Virus record (IMG/VR): IMGVR_UViG_3300003877_000001
Span: 1 to 64,000 of that record
DNA length: 64,000 bases
Direction: 5' to 3' (one strand)
Part shown: positions 57,913 through 64,000 of the stretch, piece by piece
Position numbering within the stretch: the stretch's first letter is position 1
How the letters are laid out: every line of letters begins with the position of its first letter
Made by a program: the position numbers and the translations under genes
The notes under the pieces: model-generated
What the model saw: only the letters and a program-made list of their open reading frames with translations
What the model was told of the DNA's origin: nothing
Databases searched by the model: none

Positions 57913-59103
57913 ATGATTAGAATGGATATAAAGGAAAAAATACAATTAGGAGAGGATAGTTATATTGATAGTGTAAATGTGAATACAACAATTAAATTTC
58001 CATTACAATCAAATAATGACCTTAATTTTGAATATGATATACAAAACGTATTAGATGTTACTCAAGTATTTGATACAGAAAGACAAGAATCTAAAAAATA
58101 TAGGCTTCATGGCGAATTTGAATACCTTTCAATATTAAATGGATTACCTAAAGATTATACATTGTTAAGTGATTTTTTTAGTTTAATACCATTATCTGCT
58201 GATACAAAAAATATATATAGCGATTTAAATATATATTTAGTTAAACCATCAATAGAATTTACTGAATTAATTACAAATGAAAGATATATAAAAAACTATG
58301 AAATTATTGCAAACATAAATAATGTAGAAATATTTAATTCTGGATTTGCAAAAAATATTTATAGTGAACAACAATATACATATGTTATTAATTTAGATAT
58401 TGATATTGCTGATCAATACGATGGATTAAACTTTCCAATTACAGAATTAGCATTATATATTGAATACCAACCACAACAAAACGGTAATGGTGTTTTAGAA
58501 ACAATGGAGAGAAAAAATTATAATTCTACTGGTGGAACAATCACACAAAATTTTACACCAATATCTTTAAATGTTGGTGATATAATTGTTGGGGATGTAA
58601 TTAATTACAATAAATTACAATATGAACAAACTGATTTTATATATAATAATGAACCACAAACAATGGAACATTATATTAATACAACATATAAGGATACACC
58701 AACATCAGGAAATAAAATTTTAAAATATAAATATAAACCATTTATACCAATTACATTAAAATTTCTTGAATCTAATATAACAAGAGGAAACACTGGTAGT
58801 ACATCCTATGAAGTGACTAGTACAATACCACCATTTGCAACTCAAATTGATAATGATGGTAATTTTATATGGAGAAAATTATTACCTAATGGATTTTTTG
58901 ATCCAATTGAAGAAATAGGTGTTAATTTTCCTTTTATAAATCAAAGACATTATGTATTTTCAAATATAATATTTAAAATGCAACCAGATTTAAGTGATTT
59001 TAATACATCAAACGTATTTAATCAAATATTATTTGATCAAAATAATTTAATCAATGCTGAACCTAATAGTTCATTAGATAATATAGGAGAAATATGCAAT
59101 TAA
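57913..59103 (+). CDS. Putative virion structural protein
   Basis: 396 aa; FDTERQES..YR, WRKLLPNGF..G..FPF.N..HY; CGTATTTAT motif at the start. Confidence 0.55.
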   Translation: MIRMDIKEKIQLGEDSYIDSVNVNTTIKFPLQSNNDLNFEYDIQNVLDVTQVFDTERQESKKYRLHGEFEYLSILNGLPKDYTLLSDFFSLIPLSADTKNIYSDLNIYLVKPSIEFTELITNERYIKNYEIIANINNVEIFNSGFAKNIYSEQQYTYVINLDIDIADQYDGLNFPITELALYIEYQPQQNGNGVLETMERKNYNSTGGTITQNFTPISLNVGDIIVGDVINYNKLQYEQTDFIYNNEPQTMEHYINTTYKDTPTSGNKILKYKYKPFIPITLKFLESNITRGNTGSTSYEVTSTIPPFATQIDNDGNFIWRKLLPNGFFDPIEEIGVNFPFINQRHYVFSNIIFKMQPDLSDFNTSNVFNQILFDQNNLINAEPNSSLDNIGEICN

Positions 59104-59873
59104 TAAAAGAAAAGACTAGATTTACGGGTAGAGATATTAAAATAAAAATACCTCTAGATTCCACCAATAATTTAGGTGGTCTTCAACAATCTATTAATGA
59201 TTATATAGAAAGAGAAACTGGTTTATCTATTAATCCTATTACTGATGGTGAAACGTTTAAATATAAATCAACAACTAATAGAAGTATTACTCCATACTTT
59301 TATAATGGCATAGGTCTTGGTAATAGCTTAGAATATGCAGGATTTACTCCTGATGAAATTAATAATAGTAACGATGTGGTTACAAATAGTTTTTACATAT
59401 TACAAGTTTATGATACTATTGTAGGTGAAAATCAAACATTATTACATAATTCATATCATAACGGATATGAAATCGAGCATATTTCAACTACTTTTCTTTT
59501 AAAAGAAGGGAATGAAGATTCAAATTTTTACATACCTGAATGGTATATAAATGAAAATTTAAATGGTGGTGAAATCAAATTTGTTATTAAATTATTGTTT
59601 TATAATGCTAAAACAGGTAAATTACAAATATTTTATAATAGAAATAAAGCTATTAATACTACTGAAGATAAAATATATTACGATGGTACACTATTTTTAG
59701 ATGATAAAACATATACCTTAGAAACCAATGCAATGAGATACAATGAATTTGAAAACGCTGATTATGCTAATAAAATTAATGAAAGTTTAGATTCGTTTGA
59801 TAATGAAGCACCAGTATTTCCTGATGGTAAACAATTTAACAATGATGGTACATATACTGAAGTTACTACTTAA
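59094..59873 (+). CDS. Putative virion structural protein
   Basis: 259-aa ORF coupled to the previous gene. Confidence 0.5.
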   Translation: MQLIKEKTRFTGRDIKIKIPLDSTNNLGGLQQSINDYIERETGLSINPITDGETFKYKSTTNRSITPYFYNGIGLGNSLEYAGFTPDEINNSNDVVTNSFYILQVYDTIVGENQTLLHNSYHNGYEIEHISTTFLLKEGNEDSNFYIPEWYINENLNGGEIKFVIKLLFYNAKTGKLQIFYNRNKAINTTEDKIYYDGTLFLDDKTYTLETNAMRYNEFENADYANKINESLDSFDNEAPVFPDGKQFNNDGTYTEVTT

Positions 59874-60570
59874 ATAAACCGTTTAGAATGTTAGGTAGCA
59901 TTGTTCTTGCAGCAGTAGCTACTTCAGCACCTTTTACACCACTAAGTCCACCTTCAATTGCTGATAATCCAATATTACCTGCTTTTGCAGCACTAGCAAA
60001 TCCACTTAATGATGCTATACCAGCAGCAACGGTAAGACCTAATATAATACCACTAGCAATTTTTCTAAGTTGTGCATCTTCAACTTTACCATATTTAGGT
60101 AGTTTTCTTAAACCATTTATAATTACATTTTGATATGCATGTTCTAATTTATGACTTGCTTCATAGGCAGCTTCACCAGCACTTCTAATCCATTCTGATT
60201 TTGTCTTAATACCTAATTGACGAACACCTTTACCGATCATACTCATAATCTTAGGTGCTGCAATTAAAGTACCGCCAACAAGTGCAAGTCCAGATTCATT
60301 AACATCAACAGGTTCACCTTGAACAGTTAATACACCATCTCTATCACCTACAATATTACCTAATCTATTTATATCATCAACATCAACATCATCTACCAAA
60401 TCTTTAATTAAAGATTCTATTCTATGAGCAAATTCAGGGGATTCAACAGCATCATCTAATGGACTGTCACCTGTATTAGGATTGTCTTTATTTGGATCGA
60501 TAAATTCATCTTCAGTAATGAGAGATAATTTTTTTATTCTAGCAATATGTTCTTCGTAAGTTTTTCTCAT
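59866..60570 (-). CDS. Hypothetical protein with A/G-rich hydrophobic helices
   Basis: IILGLTVAAGIASLSGFASAAKAG segment; acidic N-terminal half. Confidence 0.6.
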   Translation of the reverse strand: MRKTYEEHIARIKKLSLITEDEFIDPNKDNPNTGDSPLDDAVESPEFAHRIESLIKDLVDDVDVDDINRLGNIVGDRDGVLTVQGEPVDVNESGLALVGGTLIAAPKIMSMIGKGVRQLGIKTKSEWIRSAGEAAYEASHKLEHAYQNVIINGLRKLPKYGKVEDAQLRKIASGIILGLTVAAGIASLSGFASAAKAGNIGLSAIEGGLSGVKGAEVATAARTMLPNILNGLFK

Positions 60571-61334
60571 TACATTAAATTTATACCAAATCTTGGTAGT
60601 CTTGACGTTTTAGTTATCTCAAATTCTTCCTCTTTTTGAATATAACCCAAAACCTTTAAAACATATTTAGATACATAAAATCTATCACCATCGATATTTT
60701 CAATTGTATTAGCTTCTTCTACTGATTCTAAATGTACAGGCATTGGATGTCCTTTAGGGAATATATACCCTTGTCTTGATGCAAAATTAGGAAATATGGT
60801 TTCATCAAAACTGTTTACATCTACACGAAATTTAGTGAATAATCTTACTTCATATGTAAAATCAATATTCGTTGGTTCAGGTATTTTAAATCTTAAATTA
60901 ATTATTTGACCTTCATCTAAAATGGGAACATCTAAATACATAAATGTTTTACCTTGTGGTATTCTCCATTGTGTACCTAATCTAGTACCTGCTTCTTTAT
61001 TTGTTCTTCTAACTGTAATATATGGAGTTGGAATGTTTTTATCACCGTCCATAAATTTCCATGTTTTAGAAAATTCACCCCATCTTTCATTTTCAAGATA
61101 AAATACAGGTACATTTTTACCATCAATAATCAATTTTAATTCACCATTATCAACATAATCATTAATTGATTGATCTATATTATGAAATTCAATTGTTCTA
61201 GGAAGGAAATTGGTATTAGTATCTGTATCACGCATTAACTGCTCAATTCTATCAAATCCATATTTGAGATATTCTGAACCTACTTTAGGTGGTTCTAAAT
61301 TTATATCAAATTTGCTTTTCTTAGGTAATCCCAT
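60570..61334 (-). CDS. Putative neck / tail-completion protein
   Basis: 254 aa; IDQSI...VPVFY..ERW...PYITVRR pattern; late motif upstream. Confidence 0.45.
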   Translation of the reverse strand: MGLPKKSKFDINLEPPKVGSEYLKYGFDRIEQLMRDTDTNTNFLPRTIEFHNIDQSINDYVDNGELKLIIDGKNVPVFYLENERWGEFSKTWKFMDGDKNIPTPYITVRRTNKEAGTRLGTQWRIPQGKTFMYLDVPILDEGQIINLRFKIPEPTNIDFTYEVRLFTKFRVDVNSFDETIFPNFASRQGYIFPKGHPMPVHLESVEEANTIENIDGDRFYVSKYVLKVLGYIQKEEEFEITKTSRLPRFGINLM

Positions 61335-61421
61335 ATTAATTCTTTTTTATAAATACTCTTTACATTATTGTTTTTTATTATTATCTTAGTATTTATATTT
61401 GTACGGCAAAATACAGCACTT

Positions 61422-61556
61422 ATGAAAGAAAAGAAAATAACAATCAGAATCGATGAAAATTTAAGAAAAAAATATAGAGAATTTTGTAATAAAAATGGAT
61501 ATTCATTATCTAAAAGATTAAGATTAATAATAAAAAGAGATATGAATGAAGAATAA
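61422..61556 (+). CDS. Ribbon-helix-helix (CopG/Arc-like) protein, 44 aa
   Basis: [34 protein letters not shown]; start revised to the ATG at 61422; TATATTTG at 61394. Confidence 0.75.
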   Translation: MKEKKITIRIDENLRKKYREFCNKNGYSLSKRLRLIIKRDMNEE

Positions 61557-63318
61557 ATATAAAATACATCAAATATTAAGTTACGTTTTTTTATTAAGAA
61601 AAAATGAAATTAAATTCATAAATATGATAAATGAATTTAATGTGAATTTTCCTAATTCAATAAGATGGTCAAATAAAATATTTAATTATTATAATAATAT
61701 CATCACCCAAGTAAAATGTAAAGAATGTAATAGTAAAAATGTTAAATATTTATCATACAATAGAGGATATGGTAAATATTGTTCCACTAAATGTAGTGCT
61801 TGTTCTAACGAAACAAAAGAAATGAAAATAATAACGTCCATCAAAAATTATGGTACTACACATCGTTTAAAAAACAAAAAAGAATATCAAAAACAAATAA
61901 AAAATAATTTAAATAAATATGGTGTAGAAAATATATCACAAAATGAAGAAACTAAAAAAAAGAGAAAAAACACCTTTTTAAAAAAATATGGGGTGGAACA
62001 TCCTCTTCAATCTAAAAAAATAAAAGAAAAACAAAGAAATACGATTTATAATAAATACGGAGTAAAAAATCTATCCAATTCAAAAATAATCCAAGAAAAG
62101 AAAAAAGAAACTTCATTAAAAAAATATGGTGTTGAACACCCCTTCCAAAATAAAGAAATAAAAGAAAAAATAAGAGAAACAAATTTAAAAAAATATGGTG
62201 TTGAATATTATGTTTCTTCAGAAAAAAATAAAATCTATTTAAAAGAAAAATTAGAATTAAATAAAAAATTAATATGGAAAAATAAACTAAACATTAGTGA
62301 AAAAGATATAATAACACTAAAAGATAATTCTTTTCAAATTAAAAACAATTGTAATAATCATTTAGATGGATTTGAAATTAATAAATATAATTTATATAAT
62401 AGAATAAAATATGGTGTAAAAAATATTTGTACGATCTGTAACCCAATTTCCGAACAATCATCAATTAAAGAAAATGAAATTAAGGATTGGTTGAAAAACG
62501 ATTTAAAATTAAATATTATTGAAAATGATAGAGAAATCCTTAATGGTAAAGAATTAGATATTTATCTTCCTGATTTTAACTTAGCAATTGAATTTAATGG
62601 TCTTTATTATCATTCAGATAAGTTTTTACCTAATAATTATCATTTAGATAAAACTGAATTATGTGAAGAAAAGGGAATACAGTTACTTCATATCTTCGAA
62701 GACGAATGGATATATAAATCTGACATTGTTAAAAGTATAATTAAGGCTAAATTAGGATTAATAGGAAATAAAATATTTGGTAGGAAAACGGAATTAAAAG
62801 AAATAACTTCTAAAGAAAGTAGAGAATTTCTTAATAATAATCATATACAAGGTAATGTAAATTCAAGCATTAGAATTGGTTTATTTCATGAAAATGAATT
62901 AGTTAGTTTAATGACTTTTGGTAAAAAAAGGGTTATAATGAAATCTAAATCAAAAGAAGGTGAATATGAAATGTATAGATTTTGTAATAAACTAAATACT
63001 TCAGTCATTGGTGGTGCAAGTAAATTATTTAAATATTTTATTAATAATTATAAACCAGAAGAAGTAATATCATATGCAGATAGAAGATATTTTGATGGTA
63101 AAATGTACAAAAAATTGGGTTTTAATTTAGAAACTATTACCAAACCTAATTTTTGGTATGTTAAGGGGTTAAATAGATTTTATAGGTTTAACTTTAGAAA
63201 AGATAAATTAGTTTCAGAGGGCTATAACCCCAATAAAACAGCAGAAGAAATAATGATTCAAAGGAACTATTTTAAAATATATGATTCTGGAAATTTAAAA
63301 TATAGTCTTTATTTTTAA
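61546..63318 (+). CDS. Hef-like endonuclease with KYGV repeats (paralogue of 49570..51291)
   Basis: [19 protein letters not shown]; LLHIFEDEW; near-identical C-terminal half. Confidence 0.75.
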   Translation: MKNKYKIHQILSYVFLLRKNEIKFINMINEFNVNFPNSIRWSNKIFNYYNNIITQVKCKECNSKNVKYLSYNRGYGKYCSTKCSACSNETKEMKIITSIKNYGTTHRLKNKKEYQKQIKNNLNKYGVENISQNEETKKKRKNTFLKKYGVEHPLQSKKIKEKQRNTIYNKYGVKNLSNSKIIQEKKKETSLKKYGVEHPFQNKEIKEKIRETNLKKYGVEYYVSSEKNKIYLKEKLELNKKLIWKNKLNISEKDIITLKDNSFQIKNNCNNHLDGFEINKYNLYNRIKYGVKNICTICNPISEQSSIKENEIKDWLKNDLKLNIIENDREILNGKELDIYLPDFNLAIEFNGLYYHSDKFLPNNYHLDKTELCEEKGIQLLHIFEDEWIYKSDIVKSIIKAKLGLIGNKIFGRKTELKEITSKESREFLNNNHIQGNVNSSIRIGLFHENELVSLMTFGKKRVIMKSKSKEGEYEMYRFCNKLNTSVIGGASKLFKYFINNYKPEEVISYADRRYFDGKMYKKLGFNLETITKPNFWYVKGLNRFYRFNFRKDKLVSEGYNPNKTAEEIMIQRNYFKIYDSGNLKYSLYF

Positions 63319-63423
63319 GCTTTATTCATTCCACATGGGTATATGATACAACCAATCATAATATTAATTCTTTTTTATAAATACTCTTTACTTTTATGTT
63401 TTTTTATATTATATTTGTAAAAT

Positions 63424-63753
63424 ATGATAGTACAAACGAAAACACACACAGAAGAAGATGGAACTACGGGATATATAGAATGTATTTTTGATTCATCAAA
63501 TATCCTAATGAGTACATATTTCCCAAAAACAGAAACTCTATATATTTCATTTAATAGAGGTGGTGTCTATTCGTATGGTGGTGTTGATCAAGAAAAATAT
63601 GATCAATTCGAATCATCGGATTCACAAGGTAAATTTTTTGTAAAAGAAATAAAAGGTGGTGATCATCCATTTAGAAAAGAATTTAAACTGTTTGAATCAG
63701 AAATAACAGCAGCGAAAGATATATTAAACGAATGGAAAGAAAACCAGAAGTAG
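63424..63753 (+). CDS. KTSC-domain protein
   Basis: SSNI...Y......LYISF..GGVYSY.GV....Y..F..S.S.GKFF...IK; TATATTTG at 63410. Confidence 0.85.
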   Translation: MIVQTKTHTEEDGTTGYIECIFDSSNILMSTYFPKTETLYISFNRGGVYSYGGVDQEKYDQFESSDSQGKFFVKEIKGGDHPFRKEFKLFESEITAAKDILNEWKENQK

Positions 63754-64000
63754 AAGATTTATTAAGTCAAATAAAATTATTAGAAATAACATTAGATTTT
63801 TACGGAAATGAAATGAATTATCCAGAAATGGTTAATAAAGACTTGGGAAATCAAGCTAGGTTTGCATTAAAACAAATTAAAAATACAAATAAATATACTG
63901 ATGATTTAATTGTTAATTTTAATAAAGCAATTGAAGGAAGAGATGATATTGACCAAGATCAAATTGATAAGGCAATGGAAATAATTAATAAGATTAAAAT
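63732..64000 (+). CDS. Hypothetical protein, 3' end runs off the window (not in ORF track)
   Basis: My translation: MERKPEVEDLLSQIKLLE..., open to the end of the window. Confidence 0.65.
   Translation, partial: MERKPEVEDLLSQIKLLEITLDFYGNEMNYPEMVNKDLGNQARFALKQIKNTNKYTDDLIVNFNKAIEGRDDIDQDQIDKAMEIINKIK

Larger units (their letters stand above)
61333..63391. repeat. 31-bp perfect direct repeat (61333-61363 and 63361-63391) flanking the RHH-nuclease module
   Basis: ATATTAATTCTTTTTTATAAATACTCTTTAC occurs twice. Confidence 0.9.

Noticed and set aside
4372-60133. Many antisense ORFs of 60-165 aa inside long genes (e.g. 4372, 8015, 14219, 35082, 39114, 59888)
   Set aside because: They are shadows of codon bias on the opposite strand of well-supported genes.
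1-64000. Genome-wide stop-codon recoding (TGA=Trp or TAG=Gln)
   Set aside because: Conserved genes are intact under code 11, and TGA (6137, 7183) and TAG (27338, 37173) occur at natural gene ends.

Overview
The window is a very AT-rich segment of a large myovirus-type (contractile-tail) phage genome. The host is probably Bacteroidota: there are TTG-N20/21-TAnnTTTG promoters, A-rich leaders without Shine-Dalgarno sites, and lipobox proteins. From left to right it holds (1) two paralogous virion/fibre genes; (2) a non-coding unit of about 1.2 kb on the minus strand, made of a promoter, a boxA-like element, a large hairpin-rich RNA of about 820 nt (GOLLD-class candidate) and an atypical tRNA(CAU) with a long variable arm; (3) a replication block (DnaB-like helicase, 5'-3' exonuclease, RecA/UvsX, gp32-like SSB with a repeat-filled leader); (4) acidic putative head proteins; (5) a 14-kb island of nucleotide-sugar, glycosyltransferase, sulfo-, methyl- and acyltransferase genes with no export machinery; (6) baseplate, tape-measure and tail-chaperone genes with a -1 frameshift site; (7) an HTH gene containing an in-phase array of palindromic sites; (8) an intein-split PhoH, a HAD/GT/GT/sigma-like operon, and tail tube and sheath genes; (9) several homing-endonuclease-like genes; and (10) two lipoprotein cassettes with identical signal peptides. 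All protein calls come from motif recognition by eye. No database search was run.
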